From Octopus sinensis (Eukaryota): a DNA stretch of 64,000 bases. Where the stretch lies: contig NC_043003.1 of assembly GCF_006345805.1 (NCBI RefSeq), positions 85,684,001-85,748,000 of the forward strand, written 5' to 3'. The notes beneath the pieces are model-generated. The model had not been told where the DNA came from. It saw nothing but the letters and a program-made list of their open reading frames with translations, and searched no databases. A program made the position numbers and the translations under genes. Positions 41,614 through 56,227 of the stretch are shown in pieces; position 1 is the first letter of the stretch, and the number at the start of each line of letters is the position of its first letter.

Positions 41614-42226
41614 CAGGGTGTTCAGGAATTATCTTTACACGTTCCATGGAGCGCTGCAACGGAGGCTACGAAGCCGTGGCCAGCAGAAAGGGAAACAGCT
41701 GGCGCTTTGACCGTGTCCGCACGCAGGAATTCATCTCTACATCTTTGAATAGAGCCTTAGGCTCAATTCAGGCGGCTATATGAAGCTACCGGAGACTGGT
41801 TAGACTCTGACTTGGAAAGGTTACTACTGGGAAGTCACATGTGGGACGGCAGGATTCGGCTCGTCGTCATATCTCCGGAAGGAGTCAGAAGTGGTTGTCA
41901 TAGAATTTCTACGACTTAATTTCTGGTCTCCTCATTACCCCGATTGTAATCCTAATGGAGTACCATGTGTGAGACGCAGTTGAGAAGGAGACGAACTGCT
42001 CTACTTGCAACACCATGGCCGAGCTGGAGGTTAAGATCAAAGAGGTGTTCGAAGATCTTCCCACGGACTCAGAGAGGAACGCATGCACCAGGTTCCAGAG
42101 CTGTTTTGAGGCCGTGATAGAAGCTGAGGGAGGCTACCTTGAGTAACCATAATATAGTTGATATGTTTTTGAATATTGTGTTTTTTTCCTTTTATACAAT
42201 CTGTCAAACTTAATCAGAACACGATG
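41614..42226 (+). mobile_element. Internally deleted maT/DD37D-like mariner remnant
   Basis: TA-cagggtgttc...gaacacgatg-TA ends; decayed peptide QDSARRHISGRSQKWLS...WSPHYPDCNP...DAVEKETN...FEAVIEAEGGYLE*. Confidence 0.7.
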
Positions 42227-42275
42227 TACAAATACACATACATACATACATACATACATACATACATACATACAT

Positions 42276-42308
<33 letters not shown>

Positions 42309-42740
42309 GAAAGGGAAACGCACGCGCACACACACAGACACACACACACACACGTACAGAGTTGGGCATTGGTGTAACCATTATGTTCTGGTCATCTGAA
42401 TAACTAACCCTCTATATCAGCATTGGTTTGTAAATGTACAATTGTACTGTATAATGTGTAACAAGCATATTGTACAGGCGTGTAAATGTGTGTTTTTGCC
42501 AATGTTTACATCTGTATGCTCGCTCTATAACCGTGTTTACTAGGGGATTTTTAGAAAAAATAATGAAAAATAGCTCAGAATTGCAGAGAAGACAGAATTC
42601 CTTGCCTTTGTCATAAGGTATCGAGATTGAGAGAATCAACTATTCTAAATGAAATTGTTCATTGTGGTCTTTTAGATCCCAAATCAGTTTGCTGAGACCG
42701 GTACTATTACGTTTATTTCTATCCTATATATATATATATA

Positions 42741-43591
42741 CGAGGTGTAGTCAAAAAGTATTCGACCTTTTTGCTCAAAATAATAATACGTAAGAAAAAT
42801 CCGCATGACTCTTAGGCGGCCGCGTCTATCTTGGCACACGCAAAACTTTGCTGTAGTTTGCGTCATTCATCCGCAGTGACGCGTTGAGTACAGACGGGAA
42901 GAGTGTGCTGTGCGATTTTTCTTTTTAAGTCAATATGACCGAGCGCATTGAGCAAATATACTGTATAAAATTCTGCTAAGAACTTGGTGATACGCAAGAC
43001 CAGACTATCGAGAAGTTTTAGAAGGCCTTTGGAGATGATACTATGGATGATACTATAGGAAAAAAACACAAATAAAGGAGTGGTAAAACCGGTTCAAAGA
43101 TGGCCGCACCTCAGTGGACAATGAACCACGTTGTGGTAGACCATCGACTAGCAGAAACGACGAAATGATTGCAAAGGTTCAAGGAATAGTCTATGAAGAC
43201 CATTGTGTGACTATTGAGGAGATTGTTGCCAAGTTGGAATCAGTCAGTTCAGTTTAGTCAGTTCATTCCGCCCACGTCGTCCAAGAATTCCCCCTGAAGC
43301 TACACACCAAACTTGGCTAGTGTGACTTTTAAATATTCCCAAAGCTCAAGAAAAAAAAAACACTCGAAGGGAGAAGATTTGAGTCAACAGAGGACATTAA
43401 GCAAAATTCGGCGGCACAGCTCTACAACATTCGAAAAAGTGATGTCCAGAAATGTTTCCAGCAGTGGCAGGAAAGTTGGAAGAAGTGTGTAGACACCCAG
43501 GGCAAATACTTTGAAGGAGACAAAGCGGTGAGTTTTTTTTAATACTATTTGTTTTTTGACCAAGGGTTGGATACTTTTTGACTACCCCTCG
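42741..43591 (+). mobile_element. Internally deleted mariner (Mos1/Hsmar-like)
   Basis: TA-cgaggtgtagtcaaaaagta...tactttttgactacccctcg-TA; remnants IKFC, W.NRFKDGRTSVDNEPRCGRPSTS, CFQQWQESWKKCVDTQGKYFEGD. Confidence 0.85.
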
Positions 43592-43592
43592 T

Positions 43593-43656
<64 letters not shown>

Positions 43657-44216
43657 CTGCGTGCGTTGACAACCAAAGTTGCTTGTTTACGTCCCCGTAA
43701 CAACTTATCGGTGCGGCAAAAAGGGAACGAGTGAGTAAGCACCAGAATTACAAGTAAGTGCTGGGTTTGATCTGTTCGGCTAAACTCTTCAAGGCGGTGC
43801 CCCAGCATAGCTGCAGTCTAATGACTGAAACAAGCAAAAGATATAAGTTATAAGAGATAAAGATATGCTTATGTACTGAACAGTAAAACAAAATCGATGT
43901 GGTTTTGTCATTAGCTGTTGATTTCGGGATTTCTTCAATCACTTCCTTGACGTAATTTAGCTAATCAGATTAATAGTTAATCAGTAATATACAAAAAAGG
44001 TGTTAAATGTATAATTTAGAGTAAATGAAACAACATTTACAGAAGAACAGCGGGAAATATTATAAATTAACAGATTATACGAGATACCCAATAATCTAGC
44101 CGCAGGTCATTATCCCGAAACCAGCAATTAAATTCCACCGCGGATGTGTTAATGTTTGAAACTATGAGATAGGGTAAAAAATTTTGAGAATGAGTGAGTG
44201 AAAGAGAGAAAGGAGT

Positions 44217-44288
<72 letters not shown>

Positions 44289-44924
44289 GGGGAGAGAAAG
44301 TATATGTGTCTGTGTATGAAATATATGGGATAACATGAAGAGGCAGGAGTAGATGTGTGAGTTATATGTGATTGTAAGAAGATGGAAGACGGGTAGAGAA
44401 ACATAGGGAGTGTAATTCTGTGTGTGTGCGTGTTTGTGTGTGTGCGTGTATGTGTGTGTGCGCGAGCATATGTGTGCGTGAGTTGAATGTCTTCCGAAAA
44501 CATTTGTAAAAAACAAATACTGTTGTCTGTACAATAGGACTGAAAAACCGAAAGAACGCGCGAGTGATGTGCCCCTTCTCATTAAGGTCCAACCTTTCCG
44601 TGCCTGTGACATCTGTGAGGAGTACGGAAAGGTTTTAAAAACCAAATCAGTTTGGTCACATGATAAAAAAATATATTCGCACTGACTAACCTGTCTTTTT
44701 CCATATACGCCAAAATTAGATTATCCGGTGTATTTTCCCGGTTTTGAGGATGCTAAGATGTGAACCGAGAATGAAATGTTTGCAGATGAACGAAATTGCG
44801 AAAAGTATTGGGTAATCCCATAAATAATGTAGTTTTTTTCAATTTCATGAACTAAAAGTCGGAGGGGGACAGGATAAACTACCTGCATCAACTTGCTATA
44901 AAAGCAGGTAGTGATTTTATCTCG

Positions 44925-47830
44925 TACTTATTCTTAGCACAAGTGTTTTGTTGTTGAACGTTTTGCTAGTGTTTCCGGTGTCATTTGTTGAATTGTTGTA
45001 TTGTTGCGGTGAGTTGAGGTCGTTTTGCGATTGTTTTTGTTGAAAAACTGTTTATTGCTTCGTTGAAGCAACTTGTTTTCAGTTCCCCCGGCGAGAGAAT
45101 TGTTGTTAAACGGTGTGGCTTTCGGCCAATTCTGTGGGGCGTAAGCCCAAATTTTTCTGTGTTCGGCGTTTTGCCATAAATTGCGTTTTGTTTTTAAAAA
45201 AACATCATGGAGTCACCATTGAGTTCAAGTGACTCACCAGATAGACTAATTATGAATATGCCTGTTTTTGTAACAGGTGAAAAGGAGGAATCACCGGCGC
45301 TGTCGCCAAAAAAGTTCGCCGAGATAGCTGGAAGAAAAGAAATTCTGATAAACACTGAGAAAAGTAACCTGCAAAGATTCATGTCAATGCTAAAAAAGGA
45401 GAGGACCGAAAATCAAGTGGCTCCCCCGGAATAAACAACAGACGAAGTCAACAGGAGAAGAATTTTGTATAAAACTTACAACATAGCGAAAAAAGGGTAT
45501 ACAAAACCGAGGAGAAAATAGAGGAGAAATATCTCAGACCTATTTGGGCTGATATCACATACATTAACCGTGGTAAAAAATTCGGAACGGTTGAAGTGAG
45601 ATTTAAGTCGGAGGAAGTAGCCAGGCGGTACTCCTCGGAGACCCTAAGAACGGGGGAGGCGGTTCTTCTTCCCGTATATATGGGAAGAAGAACACCAAAA
45701 GTGAAAATCAAGATAATCTCCCCGGAAGTTGATGCAACCTATTTAGTGATAGCTATCATCATGGGTCTGGAGGAAAAAATAACTATTCTCCAGGCCTCAG
45801 TAGAAAAGGAAGAAAACTGGAAAGGACAATTCCTGACAATGTTAATATAAGCAGAAGTCCCAACCCTCGAAGAGATAGCAGAAATGATAAATGTCGGTGG
45901 ATAAGAAAGATTAATAGTATTTGTAGAAGGAAGAAAAAACCAAGATGCTTTAACTGTGGTTTAAAGGGCCACATAAGGTTGGGGTGCAAACCAAACGAAG
46001 AAGAAGAAGAAGAAGAAGAAGAAGAAGAAGAAGAAGAAGAGAAGAAGAAGAAGAAGAAGAAGAAGAAGAAACAACTGAAACATCAGCACCAATACTGAAA
46101 GAAGATTCAACACCAATACCTACAGAAGAGAGCGAAGATAAAGACAGAGAGGAGGGGTGGTCGACTGATTTCAGAAAAAAGAAGAAAAAAACACAGACCG
46201 CCCCTACTAAACTTAAATTAAAAAGAACGAGAAAGAAAAAGAAATTAAGTATATGGCCATTAAGGCAACCGTTTGGCAGCTACTTCATCTGCCAAACGTG
46301 TTGAAAAGACCACATCAAAATACTTTTTCATTTATAAATTCGGCCGGAAGAATTACGGGCGGATAAAGTCCGAATACTTTCACGACGTAGGCCCTCTCAG
46401 AATGAATTTTTTCTCCATATATTTATGAGGGCCTACGTCCAAATACCCCACGAGCCCGGGAAAAGGAGAAAGAAAAACAAAACGGAACGAAGGAACCTCT
46501 AACCACTGATGCAAAGGTAAGTAGTGTCGTGCATTCATGTAGGTTGTTTAAATGTGCGTGACTTTGTGTCAGGCTGGAAACAAGGTTGCTTCCTTAATGA
46601 CATCAGGTCGCGTAATTTGGATGTTATTGTTGCTACAGAAACCCGGTTAAGGGGGCCAAGAAATCTGCTCCCGCTGTTGGATTGCTACGTGAGTTTTTTT
46701 CTTTCCAGGCTGTCCTTCTATCGGGAGCTGGGTGTTTGTCCTGTTAAAAAGAAACCGGGTTTCTGATAAAAAGTTAATTTTTGCTGATCCAGAAGGTAGG
46801 CTGGTCGTCATGGACTTGACGTTCAGCCGCGGTAAGAATATCAGACTGGTTGCAATATATGCACCCACGATAACCGGGAAAAGCGATTATTTTCGGAATC
46901 TGGAGAAGTTTCTTGCTATATCACATTCTTTAGTTGTACTAGGAGACTAAAGCACAATCTGCGACGCACGCGTAGATTATGTTGGCTCGTGTTCTGGTAG
47001 GAAATGTGACCCTTGCTTCCAGGAACTGCTAAGCCGCTTTGAGCTAGCAGATCCATGCAGGCTGGAATTTCCGAACGCTCCATTCTGAAAATGGTCAAAT
47101 AGCAACGGATCTTTAAGGTCGTACCTAGATAGAGTGCTAATTAGAAAAGCAGATAGGAATATAGCTAGGTGTCCACGGTTTCACCTGGTCAGCTACAGTG
47201 ATCATAAAATGGGTCACCCGTAACCTTGACATAGATAAACTATATAATAGAGGCTCCGGCTATTGGAAACTCAATACGTCCCTTTTGGCAATTAAGAAGT
47301 ATAGAGACCGGATTAAGTTGCTGATTCAGAGGGCATTAACCGGATCCATTATTAATAATGAATGGTGGCATGCCCTCAAGCGAGCCATTAAATTCGAGTC
47401 TATTAGATATAGCATAGGTTTAGGACTTAGAGAAAGCAATGAGAAGTGGCTCTACGGCTCAGGTGAGGTCCAAGAGGCTGGCGTTAAACCAGCACCTCGA
47501 AGCCAAACACATGGGTTGCATTGTCAGGACTAGACTTCGTGCAGTGGGTTGCGAGGGAATCAAGGCCACAGGATGGGCCCGAGTGGTGGAAGCCCAACGT
47601 GGTAATGATGCCACAATCCGATCTTTGTCGAACCAACAAGGTAAGTTGATAAACGAGTCCGAGGAGATGTGTGAGGCCTTTCAGGAGCACTTCACTCGGT
47701 TTTTCAGTTGGGGGCGGCGAACCGGATAGTAGGAGGGACCTAACGGACTTCCTCACCAGGCTGCCGCGTCTCACGGGGCGAAACGCGGAGTGCTGAGAAG
47801 GGCCGATCACGCCTGGGGAGGTAATTGAGG
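44925..47830 (+). mobile_element. Tx1/L1-clade LINE, 5' part only (ORF1 with CCHC knuckle; ORF2 APE), RT absent
   Basis: CFNCGLKGHIRLGC (45946-45987), (GAA)n poly-Glu; ORF2 remnants CLNVR, VATET, IYAP, LGD, YLDRVLI, SDH, GSGYWKLNTSLL; ends at an HHR element. Confidence 0.85.
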
Positions 47831-48000
47831 CTATTGTCTTCCTCCGTCTTATTTTCTGTTGGACTTTCCTCTGTTTCTGAAGAAGAGCGTTGCTCGAAAC
47901 GTTAAATCATCTTTCTTTCCTTCCCTGAGTGTCTGCTGATACTTTACATGTACCACGTCCTCGCGTTGCTGTGTGTTTTTGTGTTTCTCCTTTTTGGGAT
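47830..48000 (+). mobile_element. Short PLE-derived element with an intact minimal hammerhead
   Basis: HHR at 47873-47907; followed by a TA microsatellite. Confidence 0.7.
47873..47907 (+). ncRNA. Minimal type I hammerhead ribozyme
   Basis: gttt-CTGAAGA-a-GAGC gtt GCTC-GAAA-CGT-T-aaat; predicted cleavage after 47903. Confidence 0.7.
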
Positions 48001-48141
48001 TTACTATATTATATACACACACATACGTATCTATATTATATATATTATATATATATACATTCATACATATCCATATTATATATATATTATATATACATGC
48101 ATGTCTATATATATATATATATATACATATACATACATATC

Positions 48142-48191
<50 letters not shown>

Positions 48192-48267
48192 TGTCTTTAC
48201 ATACATTTATATCTATATTATATATATGTATATATATATATGTATGTTATATCTATCTATCTATCTA

Positions 48268-48405
<138 letters not shown>

Positions 48406-48930
48406 ATGAAAGATTGCTTCTGTTCTTAGTTGTTCTCTGGAATATTCACCCTACTTAAAAATATGCAACACTATATATTTGAATAATTCCACATTTCTCT
48501 TCGAACATGGCAGCAACCAACTTTACGTACATAAACATACAAACATAGATGTGATTTGCACGGAAAGGTTCCAGAAACCAAATCTGTTATTCGGTTCAAT
48601 TTCTTTAAGTCGCTTTTGCAAGCACAATATTCATTTCCCCACCCACCAAAATCAATAAGATCGATCGTACGGTGAACAATACTTTTGATCAATTAAGATT
48701 TAACGCATTCATGTGTGTACTAAACAAGTATCTAATCCTTAGATAGTGAAGGCGCATGGCCTAGTGGTTTGGATGTTGCACTCACGATTGTGAGATCGCG
48801 GTTCCATATACTAGACCGAGTGGTGCGATGTCTTTTTTGAGCAAAACACTTCATCTCACGTTGTCCTACGATCATTTAGGATACTTGTCTTGTGGCACAC
48901 CGTGCACTTGCTCATTCAACGTCTGTGCTA

Positions 48931-49089
48931 GTTGTACATAAATCCGACAACCCTGGCCGCCCCATTGTTTCCGCCTGCAAATGCCCCACAGAACCCATTT
49001 CAAAATACCTCGACCACATCCTGTCCCCTTTAGTTGCTGCCCTCCCATCCCATATACATGACACCAATCACGCCATTCGCCTTTTCAAT
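48931..49089 (+). pseudogene. Isolated PLE reverse-transcriptase fragment (fingers region)
   Basis: VHKSDNPGRPIVSACKCPTEPISKYLDHILSPLVAALPSHIHDTNHAIRLFN matches the PLE RT motif K.HK...PGRPIVS. Confidence 0.8.
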
Positions 49090-49940
49090 TGGTGAACCGT
49101 CTTTCTCGAACTACGAGAGACTACTATCAATCCTTAGATACAGTTTTATTAAAAGTTATTTTCTATGGAATAAATAGAATAATAGAATTCCCAAGTGTTT
49201 AATTAGTCATTTCGTCGTTTTTTAAAATCCGATTTGGACTTTTCAAAGAGTAGTTTACCTGCCGGGAATGGTTTGGCAGTGTTTAGTTATTTAATAATAA
49301 TGTAACCATCTTTAATTTTATACAAAATCCTCATTCTAACACTGTAGAAAGCTCAATCATTTTCAATATATAGTGTTTGACTTGTGTACGATTTGATGTT
49401 ACTCTTATAAACTAAGAAGCTCTGAAAAGCCATCTATACATTCTATTACACAAAACACATTAATATTATTGATTTCTTATACAACAATTATAATGATTTT
49501 TATACTGTTCTGCAAAATCCTGAGAAAAGCTAGTAGGAATAGCTTAGAAATAGAAAGTGCTTTTTTTCTACTTCGACAAACACACACACACACACACGCA
49601 CACACACGCATGCACGGACGCATGATCACGTGTATATAATTTTCTAAATGTTCATTGTTTCTGATTGTTATTGTAAGGTCAGTCCGTTGAGAAATTACAT
49701 TTATAAATAGCTGGTCTCTCGAGATATTTTGCCAGAAGCTAATATGACAGAAATAGGGTGGAAAATACCAACACCAATAACAAAACAAAAGAACTTTTAT
49801 AGAATAGCAAATTGTTGAATTTGGTGTCAATGTAGACCAGACTTCGGAGGCCAACATACGAGCTATTTAACTTTAAAAGGAATTAGAATAGACATACATA
49901 CATATATCTATGTAAATTTATGTATAAAGATACATACGTA

Positions 49941-49988
<48 letters not shown>

Positions 49989-50013
49989 CATACATACATA
50001 CATATATCAATCA

Positions 50014-50099
<86 letters not shown>

Positions 50100-50311
50100 A
50101 CATACATACATACATACATACATACATGCATACACACACACATATATATATATATGTATATGTGTGTGTGTGTGTATGTATGTTTACATATATCATCATA
50201 TATGTACATATAGCTACATACACACACACACACACACATATAAATGCTGCATTTGTTGAGTATATAAACAGTTTGGCTGCTTGTTTCTCTGGAGACTGTC
50301 AGAATGATGTA

Positions 50312-50358
50312 GACGCCTCTGATGAGAACCCAATAAGGTTCGAAAATCGATTAACGTT
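50312..50358 (+). ncRNA. Minimal type I hammerhead ribozyme of a distinct family
   Basis: CTGATGA(50319-50325)-GAACC caataa GGTTC-GAAA-palindromic AATCGATT-A; stem I imperfect. Confidence 0.65.
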
Positions 50359-50502
50359 GATCATCATTTTTTCAGATGCGGAGAAAGGCTAAAATTTGCC
50401 CTGTTTATAATTGTACCATATGTTACATATATGTATATGTGTATACATACATACATACATACATACATACATACATACATACTACATACATACATACCTA
50501 AC

Positions 50503-50537
<35 letters not shown>

Positions 50538-50580
50538 GGATATATATATAGTTAAAAAAGATTAGAGATCTATACAAATC

Positions 50581-50647
<67 letters not shown>

Positions 50648-50696
50648 TAAAAGTGGTGGAAATAGCACAGAAATAAGTCTAATACATTTCAATTAA

Positions 50697-50975
50697 GAGG
50701 GAATTTAATAAAAATGGTTTAAAAGTTATTTAAAGAAAATTTTATCGTTTTCAATGTATCTCATCTTATCAAATATCTGTAAAAATTTATAACAATTTGA
50801 AGTAAAAACTGTTTATATTCTGTCTGGGGGTCAAGACATGTTCTAGACCCGCAGACAGAAGATAAACTGTTTTCACTTTAAATTTCTATAAGATATTTGA
50901 TAAGATGAGATACATCGAAACTGGTAACGTTTTCTTTATATAATTTAAAGACTATTTTTATTTTTTAATTACCTC
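50697..50975. mobile_element. Kolobok-like fold-back MITE
   Basis: TTAA on both sides (50693-50696, 50976-50979), gagg/cctc termini, imperfect inverted arms throughout. Confidence 0.55.
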
Positions 50976-51028
50976 TTAAACTGAAATGTTTTAGACTTGC
51001 TTCTGTGCTATTTCCATCTCCATCTTTT

Positions 51029-51066
<38 letters not shown>

Positions 51067-51079
51067 TATATGTATATAT

Positions 51080-51670
51080 AGCACCTAACCCCACGTCCTC
51101 ACCCCAAACCAACACCCCACCCTTACTTACCCACACCCCACCATCACTTCCCCACACCACCCTCACTTTTCCACACGTACCCTCACTACCCACAACCCAC
51201 CCTCACTACCCACAACCCACCCTCACTTCCCCACACACCACTCCGTACACACTAGCACTGACCACTTCCCAGCACCCACACCATCATCCACATACCCACG
51301 CATTACAGACGCACACCCACACGCACACATCCACACGTCAAAATCACCAGCCCCTGTCCACACGCACACACACACACTCTCACATACTCACAAGCACAGA
51401 CACCTTCGTTTTGGGATCACCAGTACTTTATCTCCACTTTTTCTTAGCTCTGTTGTTTAACTACCTTTGTCCAGCCAGTCCCTATGATTGACCGCTAACA
51501 CCAAAACTTTTTATATTCTCTCTCTGTTTATTTCATCGTGTTTTTTTTCTGTTGAAGAGTGTAGGCTCGAAACGTAAAAAAATTTTCTCACCTTCCCGAG
51601 CGTCAAACTAACACACCTGCTTGTTGTTTATACACCTGTCTTCGTCTTTTGCTTTTCTGTAAATTTCAAC
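51080..51670 (+). mobile_element. PLE-derived element with a C/A-rich low-complexity body and a degenerate hammerhead (51546-51578)
   Basis: CTGTTGA a GAG tgtagg CTC GAAACGT A; tail aligns with 26450-26550. Confidence 0.6.
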
Positions 51671-51694
51671 TCTCTCTCTCTCTCTCTTCTCTCT

Positions 51695-51725
<31 letters not shown>

Positions 51726-51790
51726 TTGTATATGTATATATGTATATATTTGTATGTATATATATATATATATGCATATATATATATTTG

Positions 51791-51880
<90 letters not shown>

Positions 51881-52039
51881 ACATATATACATACATACAT
51901 ATATATATATACATATATACATACATATAATATGTGACAATTATTCGGTAACCATGATAAAACTCCGAGTTTCGGATGCCAAGTTTTAATAAGGAAACAT
52001 GTAGATAGAGAAGAGGACACTCTTTCTGAAAATAGAAAT

Positions 52040-53203
52040 AAAATAAAACTAACAAGACAATGCTAAACAGCAGCAACCAAAAACCACCATTACTATAGAT
52101 ATTATCACAAGATGCCACTATAAGGTTTTTTACGTTTCCACTGGTCAAATTCAACCTTCGATCTGAAAGCAGATGTTTGTTTTGAAAAAGACCTTTCAAC
52201 TTTGACCGATATCGAAGGTGCATGTTTGTTAGATGCTATATCATTCGGTGAGGGCTTTTCAACATATTGTTTATTTGACCCTTTAAGAACTTTCACGAAA
52301 TCGTTAATCTGTTTGTAGCTATGTGTCCGCCCCTCTCTCCAGGAGTACTCCTCACCTTTTCAATAGTGCTGTCAAACATAGATAGAGCTTCTAGCATAGA
52401 AATATTCCGGTTTTCTAAAGCTAGTATAGTTTGTAGTAGCTTTTGAAAATGTGAAACAATAAAGGAGAGACCGCTATGAACACTGGAGTTACGAATCAAA
52501 TCTTGGACAATACGTGTAGAGGAAGCTTCTTCACTGTTTGATGCATTGAAAAATTTCCTTTAGAGTATCAAAATTTGAGGAATGATTTATATATATATAT
52601 ATATCAGCGGTTATCCACGTCCCCATCTCGTGAGAACAGGTTGCAGAGGTAAACTCAGTGTTGGTGCATGTTCGCGGAAAAGTTCACACCTACATGGAGA
52701 TTTAAGAAATATTTTTTTACCATTTGCAATCAACCTGTCGGCATCTGGAAATAGTAAGTGTACTTTTTCGGCAATTCTATGCAATCCATGTATTAAACAT
52801 GTTACATGGATCATGCGAGGAAACAGAACGTGTAATGTTTTAGCAGACTTTTTCATATAAGGTGCACTATCTGTTACAAATAGTAACACATTGTTATACT
52901 TGAAACCTTCAGTCCTCAATAATGCTAAAGAAGAAGTGAATAGACGAGTGATTATAGGACTATTAGTAAAAGTAAGAAATTCCGATGTTAGTAAACGCAT
53001 GGTACGGCTATCGGAATTTTCTAAAGTGCCTACAACAACATTCGCAATGTGCCTATCCAAAGAATCGGTGGTTTCATCTATCGGGGTATTAAACTGTAGT
53101 TATGCCTTTTTTTTCAATATAAGTTAACGTTGACGGATTACCGTTAACTTCCGTTGCATTTTCAAAGAATTAACGGATTAACGATTAACGGTGCCCACCG
53201 CTG
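52040..53203 (-). mobile_element. Deleted hAT element with a CGGBP1-like transposase remnant
   Basis: DETTDSLDRHIANV, LFVTDSAPYM, HVTCLIHGLHRIAE, LTRWG, VERSFS; terminus cagcggtgggcaccgttaatcgttaa at 53203. Confidence 0.8.
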
Positions 53204-53836
53204 TACACACACACATACCCACATAATTGTAAGTATGAATTCATGCGTGGATGTATAATGTGTATAAACAGTTTAGATGTAGAAAAGATTTAATGATTTG
53301 CATCTATTTAGAGAATTAAGCACACTGGTGAAGCGGTAAATAGATCACAGGGTAGATATATGCTAACAGCTGTATAATGCACACAACTGCTTACATTTGC
53401 AAGCAGTTGACAACAGTCTATAAAGAATGAGCATATATTTATCATTCTGTACTGACACTTAGAGAGCTGGAACATATTGTCGGCAATCGACTATGATAAA
53501 AGGTTCTTGCATTGAGATCGAACCGGACACCTAATTGTTGTAAATTGAGTTTCTAAATCATTCGGTCATGCTGCATCCATTACATAAACACATTATTCAT
53601 ATGTCTGTCTGTCTGTCTATATAATATAGAACGGATTTTAAAATAGATTGAAGAGATACGGAAGGAGATTGTATCCCAGAGCAGAGTTGTGGCAATTAGT
53701 CTTCGTACAGTTATAGGTCAAAAGCTTTACAAAAATTTGCTGCCAGGCGGCAAAGGATTGTTCAAGACTACTAAAATGCGAGAATATTCATAGATTTACT
53801 TACATTGATTAGATATACACTTGTGCTCTTACAGAC

Positions 53837-53872
<36 letters not shown>

Positions 53873-53894
53873 CATGCTTTTATCAAGAACAACA

Positions 53895-54009
<115 letters not shown>

Positions 54010-54105
54010 ATGCACATGTAAAATGCTGCTATATACGAAGGGGAAAGTTTTAATTGACAGTGAGTGATACATTGGTAAAATACTTTTGTGCACACAACTA
54101 TGTAT

Positions 54106-54152
<47 letters not shown>

Positions 54153-55228
54153 CAAATCAAGGAAAAATTGATATAACATTTTACATATATTTAATACGAT
54201 GTATACATCCGTACATACAAGCTTGCATGCATGCATGCATGCATGCATACATACATACATACATGCATACATACATACATACATACATACATACATACAT
54301 ACATACATACATACATACATACATACATACATACATACATACATACATACATACATACAAACATACATACACATATAAATTATGCACATACAGAAATGTT
54401 TCTATATAGAACTGAGCATAGGTTTACACATTGAAAAACAAAACAATTTTGCTGAAAAAGAAAAGAAGATATAGGTGAACTCAATTATATATACCGGAAT
54501 CAAGTTACACATCTTTTATGATAATATTCATATATTCCCAAATATTTATTTTCTGAATAAAAAAGAAATTAAAAAGAAACCTGCTATTCAATATAAAAAA
54601 AATGATTTGCCAAAAATAGTTCCTTCCCAAAACAACATATTCCTTCTCTAAAAACAAAACACACACAGACACACACAGAGGTGATCATATCCTGAATCGA
54701 ATTCCGCTACTCAATTCAATAGAATTTTTGACACAAGAAATCTGCTTTTCAATTCGATAGAACTTTCGACATTTGACTCCTTGAATACCATTCCAGACCC
54801 CTACATAAAGAATGAGAATAAACTGCTTTAATTTCCAATTTTTCTTATTTCCTAATTTTTTTCTTATTTCCTACTTCTTGTCTTTGAATTTTTAATATTT
54901 GATAATATGGACATACACATTGAAACCAGTAATATCTTATAAAAGTAATTTAATGTAATAAATATAAAGATATTTGCCCAATCCGATTAAAGGGGGAAAT
55001 CTTTAAACATATATTTGTGCTGTTTCCATTTTTACTTTATATATATATATATAGTTTGAAGTTCTATACAAGTTTTAGATATTAAGAAAAAGCCTGGTAG
55101 TCAGAATTTTATATAGCGCTTTCATCTTCTTAGATTCATCATGATCATGATGAATCTCTCGAAGAAAGATGAAAGCATTAAATAAATAGCTACAGCTTTT
55201 CTCATATATATGTATACATACATATATA

Positions 55229-55315
<87 letters not shown>

Positions 55316-56151
55316 TATTATATATATATAATATACATATACGTATATATATACTCACACATACACGCAAAATTCTCATAAAGATTTATGAACTGATGGT
55401 TCACGTATAATTTACAAAATAACCGCGCGCTTGCATACACATTCTCGAACACAAACGCATAAGCATCCCACAAACGTAGAATGATAGTTTAAGTTAGTAA
55501 TAAATAACACTCCAATAAATTACCCTTATTTATGTAGGATAAAGGTCTCAACTTAATAAGATATTAATACAGTCAAGCCAACTGGTTTAATATATTACAT
55601 ATATTAGCGCGGTAATAATTCTGCTAGCACGCCATTTTAGAATGTTTAAATATTAGATTTACTTAACAAGATGATTCGATGGAAAATGATGAATAAAATT
55701 TCTATTCAGAAGGTTACCATTCAAATTCCCCATCGATTGATATGAAAGAGCGTTCATTATATTAGTTAAAAGTAAAATGTAACACCCTTTTTCTATTGGT
55801 GTAGCTTTATAACACTTGAATTTTATGGTTACAATAAATAATTCACTTTTCTTGTTTATCTGCTAGTAGATATTTCTAGAGTTTCATATGTCAATAAGCA
55901 TATATACCTCATAGTTTCTCTAACTTTAAAATGCTCCATTTAAGCCTTAAAATCGATAGCTTTAGATTTCAGACACGATAAGTACCCCGCTCGTGATGTT
56001 GAATACTTTAATGAAAAAAGGACAGCTTGCACACAAAATACTGATCGACCCGTCTCTGACTCATTCATACAGACTGCTTATCTTTTTATTCTATTTTGAA
56101 TTGTTTTCTTTTTACTAACAATAAATTACTTTGATAACTGATTCCAATGTT

Positions 56152-56227
<76 letters not shown>

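Noticed and set aside
50997-51491. 164-aa Pro/His/Thr-rich ORF
   Set aside because: Low-complexity C/A-rich body of a repeat element, starting in a TA tract
52611-53060. Host CGGBP1 gene
   Set aside because: Interrupted by stops, a deletion and a TA tract, and it lies next to a transposon terminus
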